Source of the DNA: Tubiluchus corallicola
Lineage: Eukaryota; Animalia; Priapulida
Direction: 5' to 3'
DNA: 64,000 bases
NCBI GenBank assembly: GCA_030141605.1
Contig: JAQGDQ010000875.1
Span: 21,610 to 85,609, forward strand
Shown: piece after piece, positions 53,311 to 64,000 of the stretch
Layout of the letters: each line of letters begins with the position of its first letter
Numbering within the stretch: position 1 is the stretch's first letter
Program-made: the position numbers and the translations under genes
The notes under the pieces: model-generated
Seen by the model: the letters and a program-made list of their open reading frames with translations, nothing else
Databases searched by the model: none
Told to the model about the DNA's origin: nothing

Positions 53311-54779
53311 TAATAATCGGTCCCAGATTTATAAGTAGAAGTTACATCCCACTGGTGTTTTATCTCACAATTTGTAAAAAAAAGCCAACACGTTGTAACT
53401 TCGGTACGTAAACCAAACGAGGTGACAGGAACATGACACTAATTATAAAAATATTTGTTTTCTATTACACGTTTAACCTTGCTTCAGGAACTGTTTCTTC
53501 GTGACGCGCTGGAAGGCGACCTAGCTAAAAACTGGACCAAGAAACTAAAAACAACTCCCTAGTCTTGATACTACTAACCTCTACCTGTCATTCCCATAGT
53601 GTGTAAGTAAATTAAGAGCAAGAAGAAATTAGCTGTCACAAGAGCATGAGTTACTTAGAGTGCTCGACCTCGTACCTGGTAATTAATGCGTTACATAAGG
53701 AATACCCGAGGTTATGGCACAGACTGAATATACATGACCTGAAGGTCTGGAAGGTAACACGAAAAGTTAACCGATTTGTAACAGTGACCTTATTTTCCTT
53801 GTAAAAGAAAAAACGATGTGCCACAAATTGTTGCCTAACGGAAAATTTTCAGTGGAACGACAGTGAGGAGTTTTCGAAAGAGTGACCAATTCTTTGAGGT
53901 CTCCAAGTACATTAGAGGTCTCCACAGAAAATGACAAAGGTACTCTGTGAACAATGGGACTTGCCTTATTGTAGGAGACGTAACTGTTGTCATGTATGAC
54001 TACAACATTAGAAACAAAATAAATAAGAAATGATCTTTTGCAATCTTACTGTTATTGAAAAGGTATCTATTCAAACTGTTTAGTTCATGTAGAAGAAACC
54101 TTGGTGATAAGAAGATATTTACTAAAGGGTTTGGTGAGCATTATCAACAGTTTTTTAATTAATTTAAATATCAGTAAGTAAACCAGTTTTAAACCATTAA
54201 TTGAAATGAAATGATGCATCAGAACGTTTAAAGTTTGAAGCTTTTATTATTATCACATTCAGTACCATATAATGACGTGTAATACATGGTAACATCAAAA
54301 AATTATTACGTCATACTGTAATAAATTATTATGTTTCATACACTATTGTTATCACAAAAGAATAATTGTACTGCAGTGGGCTACAGAAGCAAAGGCTTGT
54401 ATAAGCCCGCTGTTATGTTAACCTGATAAAAAAGAATGGATGAGTGAACAAAAAAAGAACTGGGAGAAGGTTTTATCACACGGGACAGGAAGAATGATGA
54501 GTTAGTGGAAATAGTAGGAAGAAAGACAGTAGACTGTGCGCTATTTACATCAGCTCTAAAGATTTATCAATGATGTTTTGTATAATCTGTACCAGGATTG
54601 TAGTATGATTATCATTAGAAACTAATGATATAAACTATCAATACACCAATATTATGAACATGCTGAATTACAACAACGTCCAACTGCATTCTCTTCTTTT
54701 CAAAGAGAATTTTTCTGCAAATGTGATAATTATTCATTAATATGGGTATGGACATCGACAAACAAAGGCATATTTTATC

Positions 54780-54963
54780 GGTTATCTAGGATAAGATGAC
54801 TCAAGAGAGGTGTCTTAGCTGAGTTAGGAATACATACATCCTCAACAAAACAAACAGTATAACAGATAAAGCAGTTTTCCTAGCAGACACCCATCCATTT
54901 ACGGGCCAAACTCTGTGCTGCTTAGCTACTGCAGCTAAGTTCACACTGTGAATACTCAGCTGT
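54780..54963 (-). mobile_element. Second, diverged 5S-derived SINE family (another head at 55666-55745)
   Basis: Minus strand AGCTAAGCAGCACAGAGTTTGGCCCGTAAATGGATGGGTGTCTGCTAGGAAAACT resembles the 5S A box/C box region. About 75 bp is shared with 55666-55745. Confidence 0.5.
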
Positions 54964-55184
54964 TCAGGTTTTGGTAATCTTGACATTTCTGCCCTATAAT
55001 AGCGTTAGATGATTTCGAAATAAGCTTTGATTGCAGATTGTAATTTTGCAAAGTTTTATTCCATGCTGTCTGTGTTTGTGAGTTTAATGAAACCATCGTG
55101 TTCATATCAAATTCACAAAAAAATTACGTTCTGACTCTGATGGGCTTATTCTAATTATTCTAACAACAAATTTACTTATTCTAG

Positions 55185-55312
55185 GTTATAATAAACCTCT
55201 AATGCCGGCTTCATTCCCAAACAAGATCAAGTCAGAAGACCTCAACTTTAACATCATGAAGCACATGACGGACAAAATGAGTTTTACTCTTAAAGATGCT
55301 GTCAGCCATATT
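55185..55312 (+). CDS. HUNK: HUNK exon 8 (UBA/SNH-like region)
   Basis: Reads GYNKPLMPASFPNKIKSEDLNFNIMKHMTDKMSFTLKDAVSHI (compare YPNRISLEDLSPSVVLHMTEKLGY). Confidence 0.88.
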
Positions 55313-55740
55313 GTAAGTACATACACATTTATGATGATATACAGCGTCTCCTAGCATTTATCACGATGGCGAGTCAATTTTATTTTCACGTTGAACTGTT
55401 TTTACTTCACTTTTGTGCCAAAGAAATAACAACTTACAGCGTTTGTCATTTATACACGTGTGTGATGCCCTGTAAACGCAGACGTGACAACTCTCACACA
55501 TTAGGCGTGCGTCACACGCATTTTGAGTCTTTCACACGTGCACACGCATCAAATTTCAGTTCCCACGCATTCCGTAACTTCACACGCAAGTTTGCTAATC
55601 ACCAGCTTCGAATGATACGCAAAAAATATCATAATTTTTTTATTTTTTGCCTCAATTTTTTGATGACACCCATCCATTTGTGGACCAAGCTCTGTGCTGC
55701 ATAACTATTGCAGCTATGTACACGCTGTTGTAACACAGTT

Positions 55741-56623
55741 GTAACTTGGTCTATACGTCGCTAATGAATGCGAGCATTTACCATTATGAGCAGTAACTTG
55801 GTCTATATGTCGCTAATGAACGCGAGCATTTACCATTATGAGCAGTAACTTGGTCTATATGTCGCTAATGAACGCGAGTATTTACCATTATGAGCAGTAA
55901 CTTGGTCTATACGTCGCTAATGAACGCGAGTATTTACCATTATGAGCAGTAACTTGGTCTATACATCGCTAATGAACGTGAGTATTTACCGTTATGAGCA
56001 GTAACTTGGTCTATACGTCGCTAATGAACGAGAGTATTTACTATTATGAGCAGTAACTTGGTCTATACATCGCTAATGAACGCGAGTATTTACCATTATG
56101 AGCAGTAACTTGGTCTATACATCGCTAATGAACGCGAGTATTTACCATTATGAGCAGTAACTTGGTCTATGCGTCGCTAATGAACGCAAGTATTTACCGT
56201 TATGACCAGTAACTTGGTCTATGCGTCGCTAATGAACGCGAGTATTTACCGTTATGAGCAGTAACTTGGTCTATACGTCGCTAATGAACGCGAGTATTTA
56301 CCATTATGAGCAGTAACTTGGTCTATACATCGCTAATGAACGCGAGTATTTACCATTATGAGCAGTAACTTGGTCTATATGTCGCTAATGAACGCAAGTA
56401 TTTACCATTATGAGCAGTAACTTGGTCTATACGTCGCTAATGAACGCGAGTATTTACCATTATGAGCAGTAACTTGGTCTATACGTCGCTAATGAACGCG
56501 AGTATTTACCGTTATGAGCAGTAACTTGGTCTATACGTCGCTAATGAACGCGAGTATTTACCATTATGAGCAGTAACTTGGTCTATACGTCGCTAATGAA
56601 CGCGAGTATTTACCATTATGAGC
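55741..56623. repeat. 52-bp minisatellite, about 17 copies, HUNK intron 8
   Basis: Unit GTAACTTGGTCTATACGTCGCTAATGAACGCGAGTATTTACCATTATGAGCA; unrelated to the 11.6-kb 52-mer. Confidence 0.97.
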
Positions 56624-56678
56624 AAAACTTATCAGGTGAGCTGCTTGAATTTTTTAAAGAAAATTTCTATTATTTCAG

Positions 56679-56807
56679 GTAAATAATCAAGCAAATACAG
56701 GCGCTCTGGCAGTTTATACGCTGCTTCACAGGCGACTACAGAAACACAGTCTGGAGAAGAAAAATCGAGCTTCATTTCAATCTGACAAGGAATCTGTTAA
56801 AACAACT
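56679..56807 (+). CDS. HUNK: HUNK exon 9
   Basis: Reads VNNQANTGALAVYTLLHRRLQKH... (compare NRACHILAIYFLLNKKL); phase 0/0. Confidence 0.85.
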
Positions 56808-57519
56808 GTAAGCAGCCATTGCTAATAAAGTCTGGTTATTGTTTTGAGTTATTTTGATAATAAAAAGTATTTTGAAACACTTATTTTGGCACTAAAGTAC
56901 AAAAACTTGTGAAGGTCCATTCATGGAGCTCTCGCAGTTTATTGCCATTTATGTTCCAAATGCATTGAATTTTTTATAGCACCAATGAAAAATACTTTTT
57001 GTGCTAACTTTTTACTATATATTCATAGTTATATATACACCCTTTTCTATAGCTAGCAGATGACTGCTTCATGTTAAATTTTCATCCTCACTGGCTTGTT
57101 CACATCCGTTTCTTTCATTTTTTTATTCAAATGAAATTTTTTTATACAAGACCTGTTACTTGAAATTTCACAGTCTGGGCATTTTTACAAGCTTGGCTTC
57201 TTTAATGCCCTGCAACACAAACCATTTAATTGGGTAGCTAATATTTTTTTTAAAATTTACTTCTTATTGGGTATCTTACTGTTTGTTAACCATTGAAATA
57301 TTGAAAACTTTTTGTTTCCTTTAATGTATTTTATGTATTTGTTGTAGATGTGAAATAAACAATCTTGAATCTTGAAATCGTGGATCTCTCACAGTTTATT
57401 CACATTTATGTTCAAAATACATTTAATTTTTTATAACACCAATGAAAAATACTTTTTGCAGTAACAGATGACTGGTTTATTTCAAAATTCTCTTCCAATT
57501 GACATTTATTTTCTTGCAG

Positions 57520-57751
57520 AGTTCTACAATGATCAAGATGAGTTTGCCGCCTTCGAGAGCGGATAGTGTAAAGCCTCTGCACGCGACGCATCCAAGAAGC
57601 CGAAGTCGACAACATCAACAGAACATTACAGTTAAACCAGCTGATGTCAATCAGAAACCAATAGACTTCACAAAACCCCACCAGGCGGAGCTTGCTGTGA
57701 CAGACGATGAACGAGAGAAAAAAGATACTGAGGCACCCCAAAAGCTTGAAG
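57520..57751 (+). CDS. HUNK: HUNK exon 10
   Basis: TTGCAG acceptor; reads SSTMIKMSLPPSRAD...QKLE; donor G|GTAAAG; phase-consistent. Confidence 0.75.
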
Positions 57752-58077
57752 GTAAAGAAGTGGTACAGAATTAACATATATAGAAGAAACAGAATTTGAG
57801 TGCCTTAACTAAGTTTGTACTTTGATGTTTGTGGAGGACTTTATTTACATAAAAAAGGAGCACATTTCTGTCTTACAATATCATTTCAAATGTTTACAAT
57901 TGCTGAGGTTTCAGCTTCCATTCACCTAACAGATGGAAAGTAGGTGATGAAGTTTGTAGGCATGATTTTTGTTAACAGAACTTATTTCTGTTTTCTAAAT
58001 TGCTAGTGAGTTTAAGATTTCACCTTTTAAATTAAATCATATGCTTGTACAGTGTACATTATACACTTTTCTTCCAG

Positions 58078-58931
58078 CTAATGTTACTGCCAAAAACACG
58101 ATCAACATCAACAATACCAACAATCAGAACATAAACAACACGCTGACACCTGTTGGAGACAAACCGAGGGTAGGAGATGATACCACGTGCACAGAAGGAG
58201 GTGCAGGAGAAGTGGGAAAGAGAAACAAAAAAGCAGTGGAAAAGCTCGACAAGCTGCTATATGGCAAGGATAAGGATATTAACATCGAAGATGCTGAGAG
58301 AGAAGACAATGCATATAAATTCCAAACGATAAGGACGGATGGAAAAAACGCAGAGTGGCTTGCAAAGAAAATCCAAGAGCAGACGAACAACGCCAACAAG
58401 CCGAACTGCAAAGATTCATTTTCCGATACGGAAAAGAATCATTCAAATAATAACAATAACAAATCTAAGCGTAAAACAAAACTTTCCATATTGTCCAACA
58501 ATGTGAACACTCGAGTGTACACGTCGCCAAGTAGAGACTCGAAAGCCAGTAATTTGCAAAACCACTTGAAGAACATTTACAGCCGACCGTTACATGCGGG
58601 AAAAAAGAAAGGCAACACAGAGGCGACATCACATCAGCCTACTGCAAAGGAGAAAGACGGCGCAAAGGGTCAGCTACCGGTTATGGTTGGAGTAAATATG
58701 GCATCGAAGCCAAACGACAACCGACTCGGTGCAAATGTGGAAAATCATAAGAAAGTCGAAGCCAATGAGAAAGTGGAGGACAAAGTGCTAACAGTAGAAG
58801 ACAGAATCATGCCAAAAGAGGAAGTGAAACTGCCTCGTGTAAAGCTGCAAAGAAACAGACCTGTGATCAAAGAAAAAGTTAGAACGACACCATATAGAGA
58901 AAAACTACATGACGTGGTGGACACTAAATAA
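58078..58931 (+). CDS. HUNK: HUNK last exon (Asn/Lys-rich disordered tail)
   Basis: TTCCAG acceptor, phase 1, open frame to TAA at 58931. Summed exons total 2295 nt (764 aa). AATAAA at 60361. Confidence 0.78.
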
Positions 58932-60384
58932 ACCAATGTGACACAACAATGCTCTTTTATTTAAGTCACATTGGGTAGTGTTAGACAAATGTGCCAAATA
59001 TTAGTCACTGAGTGGTATATTTTGACACTTTCCGCATAGGACATACCCAATAACAGCAGTACCTCTTCAAAGCAAGAGAAAAAGCAGATATCAGACACTT
59101 GTTATCATTAGACTTGGGTAATTTGCTGTTGCTAGGTTCGTTAAAAGCTGAACTTCAAAGACTTCGTTGGTAGGTAATACTTTTCTGTAGTGAAGACCAA
59201 CAGGATGGGTATAGGCTAATAACAGTATTAAGTTATTAACCCCTGCAATAATGCTGCTATTGAAACCTTCAGCAATTTAAGAACAAAAAACAATGCAGTG
59301 TCATGCAGTCAACAATGCAATGCAGTGCAGGTTAGAATCCAGCTAATATGGCTTTATAAGAAAAAATAATGACACGATTCTCATTAAACACAAACAGCGC
59401 CAGCTGCTAACGACTGCTCAGTATTATTGTGAGCTATCCATAATTTTGTTGTGCCAATGCCCATGTGGCGATATCTGTAAATATCGCACGTCCTGATTAC
59501 TCTCTTCTTTTAGATGGCTTTAAAATGCATAAACATCATTCTTGAGGTACAATGAAATGTGGACTTCAGAGAGTGGAACTGGTACACGGTAGCAATACAA
59601 CCAGTTTCACCCAACTACTGGCAGTACGTTCTGCATGTGCTGTGATTACCATCACATGAACAGGAAGGCTGTAATTGCCCTTATAATTATTTGTCACCCC
59701 GAGATTTCCTGGGTGTGATGCCTGTAAACGAAGCTGTGATGATATTTGAACCAGCCTTAGTCGTGCAACTGCCATGCATTTAATTTATTATGTTATCACT
59801 GACTTTCATTAATGTATACAGAAATTAGTAAATTTGCTGGTTATACTTGTTCAAATTTAATGTAGTGATGCTTCAACTCGGTTTATAATTTATTAATTTA
59901 AAGTGATTTAATTAACTAACAGGGGTAAATGGACATGTTAGTATGCTTGTTTATTGTAATCGGGCTCTGAAGAAAAGAAAATATTTTTGTTTGTTTATTG
60001 AGTATGTAATATAATAATAGCTGAGTACGTCTATAGAGTAGGACTGAAAGGTGGTTCCACAAGTTTCGTTTGGATAAGCACGCAAAAAGCAATAGGTAAT
60101 TAATGCTAGCAATGAGAAAATGTAGGACTGGAAGCTGGAATTATAATCTGACGTAATAGAAGTTAGTTTTGCAGTTGCTTTTTCATTACACTAGGTGCCA
60201 ATAAGATCTCATCTGTGCTCACTATTTTTGCTATTATGTAACACTATAAATAGCTGTATTTATACATATATATATATTAACAAAGCCTTGTTGAAGCTAT
60301 TCTACTGTTATTGCTTAACAGCTCTGGAGTTTTTGTCACATTTAGCACTTGTTGTTGAAAAATAAAAATCATGTGCTAACGTAA

Positions 60385-60630
60385 AACTACATTGTTTTAC
60401 ATTTATTTTATTTGTGATAAAACACTCAGCTGATAACAACGTGAAGTATCTTTACTATCAGATGCAACTACATTGTTTTAAATTCATTTTATTTGTGATA
60501 AAACACTCAGCTTATAACTACATGAGGTATCTTTACTATCAGATGCAACTACATTGTTTTAAATTCATTTTATTTGTGATAAAACACTCAGCTTATAACT
60601 ATGTGAGGTTTCTTTACGATTAGATGCAAT
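60385..60630. repeat. 81-bp tandem repeat x3 between convergent HUNK and YRDC 3' ends
   Basis: AACTACATTGTTTT... units at 60385, 60466 and 60547. Confidence 0.9.
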
Positions 60631-61225
60631 TGCTTTTATAGCCACGTGAGGCCAATGAATAATAACGTGGAGGGAAATCGTTATAAAATTTTCAATTTAT
60701 AGTGCAATCGTAGTTAAACCACCGTAACAAAAAATGTGTCCAACTTACCAAAAATTAAAACCTGACTAAAATGTCTTTAGGTTGAGTTCTAAAAAACTAG
60801 CAGACGGCTCACTTAAGTTAAAACAGTTCTCATGAGTTAGAATAAAAAGCTCAATGAATCCACAGAAATTTACAATTAAATCAAAAAATGGTCCCATAAT
60901 CACCCACTCAGTATGTAATTGGGTTCAGATGCCAAGTACACACGTTCTAACCCTTTAGAGAAGCTTGTTCAATTTCCTGATAAAGATTTTTCATTCACTC
61001 AGACATAAACTGTGTCATTTGTAAACCATTCATCATCAGTCAAACGAATGTAAGTAGGCATTTCAAAATCACAAATTAATATCATTTATCCTCATCCTCC
61101 CGGCTTCATCCGGTCATAGTACCTTTTGTACAAATCCGGAACAGATTATGAAAGACAAACTTCGTTCTCACTGACAGTCTCAACGACAGCTTCTTTAGCA
61201 TACCTTTACTGATAACTATAGCTGG

Positions 61226-61289
61226 CTATTTCACAACCTCGTTTAGATTGTACTTGTGAACTAAAACATCTATTGTAGATTGGTAAGAC
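61226..61289 (-). CDS. YRDC: YRDC last exon
   Basis: TTACAG acceptor, phase 2; reads RSYQSTIDVLVHKYNLNEVVK* (compare ALESTTAILQQKYGL). Confidence 0.8.
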
Positions 61290-61303
61290 CTGTAAGAATA
61301 ACA

Positions 61304-61528
61304 TTGTCGTAAGTATCCTTAAAATGATGTATTCAGATTAATACCTTTAATTCTGAATATGTTGCATGAGATTAGTGATGCAATCAATACTTTGAATACT
61401 GCAGATTAAGAAATAAAAGTATATGTTTCAACTATAGTATTCGAAGTATTGCGTCAGTAATCTCACGCAACATATTCAGAATTGAAGGTATTAATAAAAA
61501 GACAATATTTAACGATACTTATGACTAA
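61304..61528. repeat. About 225-bp imperfect palindrome (foldback/MITE-like)
   Basis: Arm ATTAATACCTTTAATTCTGAATATGTTGCATGAGATTA... pairs with ...TAATCTCACGCAACATATTCAGAATTGAAGGTATTAAT, plus outer arms. Confidence 0.85.
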
Positions 61529-62204
61529 ACTAGCATGTTACAACTTTGTATCAAACATGATGTACTTGTTACACATATACTGGCAGTTGTGGCAGGAATT
61601 TATCTAATAATCAAGTTTCATCTTCTGAATTATCCAACAGTCAAATATCAAGTACAATCAAGATGAGGCACTGAGAAGCCAAAAACGACTTTCGCAGTCA
61701 ACCAATTTACTATGCAGGTCAAGTATTGGTTAACTTCAAATGCAAAATGCAGACAGTGACCATTCAACTATTCTTCTTATCCTTTATATGAAACAATAGA
61801 ATTTTGAAATTTACCGCAGTTATGAACGATTAAAGTTTAGTAGTGTATGCTTGCACACTATGCACAGCAGAAAGTACTGTGTAATATATCAAATACTAGT
61901 AATCCAAACACCATTTTCATTTGATAATATTATAGCAAGTGGACTAATATACAGTTTAAGATACAACAGTGCGTGTACAAGTTTAATCTTTAAGAACAAA
62001 GTTAGGATTGTTTCCCAGTTCAAATTCAAGTGCGACATTAGTGCACTCTTTTGTTCCACATTCTTTTCTTTATATTAAACATCATTTTAAAAAATGCAAT
62101 AGATGATGGACGCATTCACTCATTCCATCATTATGGACAATCTAAAAATTAATAACAACTATAATTGTTATTAAAGCTAAGTAAAAGGTAATTAACAGCC
62201 TTAC

Positions 62205-62347
62205 CTTTTGCTACCTTCTCGGACGATTTTAAAATATCCCTTCTCAGAAAGGTCTATCACTGTTGATCCCTGTCTGGAATTACCGGAATCCTCCAACTTT
62301 CCACCATCAAAAACCAAATCCAACTTTGGCCACAATTCTCTAAATTC
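62205..62347 (-). CDS. YRDC: YRDC (threonylcarbamoyl-AMP synthase, Sua5/TsaC family) penultimate exon; rest of gene lies beyond the window end
   Basis: Reads EFRELWPKLDLVFDGGKLEDSGNSRQGSTVIDLSEKGYFKIVREG (DGG...STVVD...IIR.G motif); CAG acceptor, GTAAG donor. Confidence 0.92.
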
Positions 62348-62680
62348 CTGAGACACAAACAACTGATATTATTACTCCAATACAAGCAAAAGAACAAGTA
62401 AAGTCAATAAATGTCTTAACACCAAATAATCTCATGAGTAGTTACTATGCTACAACATAAATTTTTTTTATTCAAAATGTAACATAATTCAGTAGTTATT
62501 ATCAGGACTTGGAAGAAGTTAAAGGCTGACCACATGGTCATTCAGTCCACTGTGAGTGCTGGTCAGTGTTGAAGGATCATGTGCATATGGACACTGCCAG
62601 GCAAATCTGAATATTATTCAAGTTTGACCATATCAGGCAGGTCCTTATTTTCATCAGTATCAGTCATTATCATCAGAATA

Positions 62681-63937
62681 AACAGCCAATAATAATGTGT
62701 GCTGCTGACTCAACTAGGAGAACAGCCAATAATAATGTTTGCTGTTGACTCAACTAGAAAAACAGCCAATAAGAATGTGTGCTGCTGACTCAACTAGGAA
62801 AACAGCCAATAATAATGTGTGCTGCTGACTCAACTAGAAGAACAGCCAATAATAATGTGTGCTGCTGACTCAACTAGAAAAACAGCCAATAATAATGTGT
62901 GCTGCTGACTCAACTAGAAAAACAGCCAATAATAATGTGTGCTGCTGACTCAACTAGAAAAACAGCCAATAATAATGTGTGCTGCTGACTCAACTAGAAA
63001 AACAGCCAATAATAATGTGTGCTGTTGACTCAACTAGAAAAACAGCCAATAATAATGTGTGCTGCCGACTCAACTAGGAAAACAGCCAATAATAATGTGT
63101 GCTGCTGACTCAACTAGAAAAACAGCCAATAATAATGTGTGCTGCTGACTCAACTAGAAAAACAGCCAATAATAATGTGTGCTGCTGACTCAACTAGGAG
63201 AACAGCCAATAATAATGTGTGCTGCTGACTCAACCAGGAGAACAGCCAATAATAATGTGTGCTGCTGACTCAACTAGAAAAACAGCCAATAATAATGTGT
63301 GCTGCTGACTCAACTAGAAAAACAGCCAATAAGAATGTGTGCTGCTGACTCAACTAGGAGAACAGCCAATAATAATGTGTGCTGCTGACTCAACTAGGAG
63401 AACAGCCAATAATAATGTGTGCTGCTGACTCAACTAGAAAAACAGCCAATAATAATGTGTGCTGCTGACTCAACTAGGAGAACAGCCAATAATAATGTGT
63501 GCTGCTGACTCAACTAGAAGAACAGCCAATAATAATGTGTGCTGCTGACTCAACTAGAAGAACAGCCAATAATAATGTTTGCTACTGACTCAACTAGGAG
63601 AACAGCCAATAATAATGTTTGCTGCTGACTCAACTAGGAGAACAGCCAATAATAATGTGTGCTGCTGACTCAACTAGGAGAACAGCCAATAATAATGTGT
63701 GCTGCTGACTCAACTAGGAGAACAGCCAATAATAATGTGTGCTGCTGACTCAACTAGGAGAACAGCCAATAATGTTTGCTGCTGACTCAACTAGGAGAAC
63801 AGCCAATAATAATGTGTGCTGCTGACTCAACTAGGAGAACAGCCAATAATAATGTGTGCTGTTGACTCAACTAGGAGAACAGCCAATAATAATGTTTGCT
63901 GCTGACTCAACTAGGAGAACAGCCAATAATAATGTGT
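62681..63937. repeat. 40-bp minisatellite, about 31 copies, YRDC intron
   Basis: Unit AACAGCCAATAATAATGTGTGCTGCTGACTCAACTAG(GAG/AAA). Confidence 0.97.
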
Positions 63938-64000
63938 GAGCAATATGCAACTGAACGCATACATCATAGTTGTCATAGCGATATGTGATCACTGTGTGCG

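Noticed and set aside
62650-62680. Hammerhead ribozyme (CTGATGA...GAAA on the minus strand)
   Set aside because: No stem II pairing and no compatible stems I and III.

Overview
AT-rich, intron-rich invertebrate animal genomic DNA; this is not prokaryotic and contains no CRISPR array or operon. Four spliced genes could be reconstructed by hand with consistent GT-AG phases. (1) The 5' part of NOMO (nodal modulator), minus strand, exons 1-7 at 3899->143, continuing off the left edge. (2) GOPC/PIST (coiled-coil + PDZ), plus strand from 5182, head-to-head with NOMO, with 8 core exons and 3-4 candidate alternative last exons (15157, 17153?, 17956, 18746). (3) A HUNK-family Ser/Thr kinase, plus strand, 11 coding exons at 32490-58931, about 764 aa. 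(4) The last two exons of YRDC (t6A synthase), minus strand, tail-to-tail with HUNK. Introns and intergenic DNA hold five copies of a TTAA/AGG-terminated (T2/Kolobok-type) MITE, single piggyBac-, Tc1/mariner- and hAT-type MITEs, 5S-rRNA-headed SINEs of at least two families, L2/CR1-type LINE 3' remnants, microsatellites and many unrelated minisatellites (24-81 bp units). The most striking pattern is that several tandem arrays are amplifications of the genes' own RNA-processing signals: 22 decoy copies of a HUNK branch point + 3' splice site, a triplicated HUNK 5' splice site, an AG|GT 72-bp repeat at a GOPC terminal exon, and a repeated poly(A) signal. GOPC intron 4 also carries an inverted copy of its own exon 1/intron 1 junction. 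Gene names rest on my recall of the human orthologue sequences; no database search was run.
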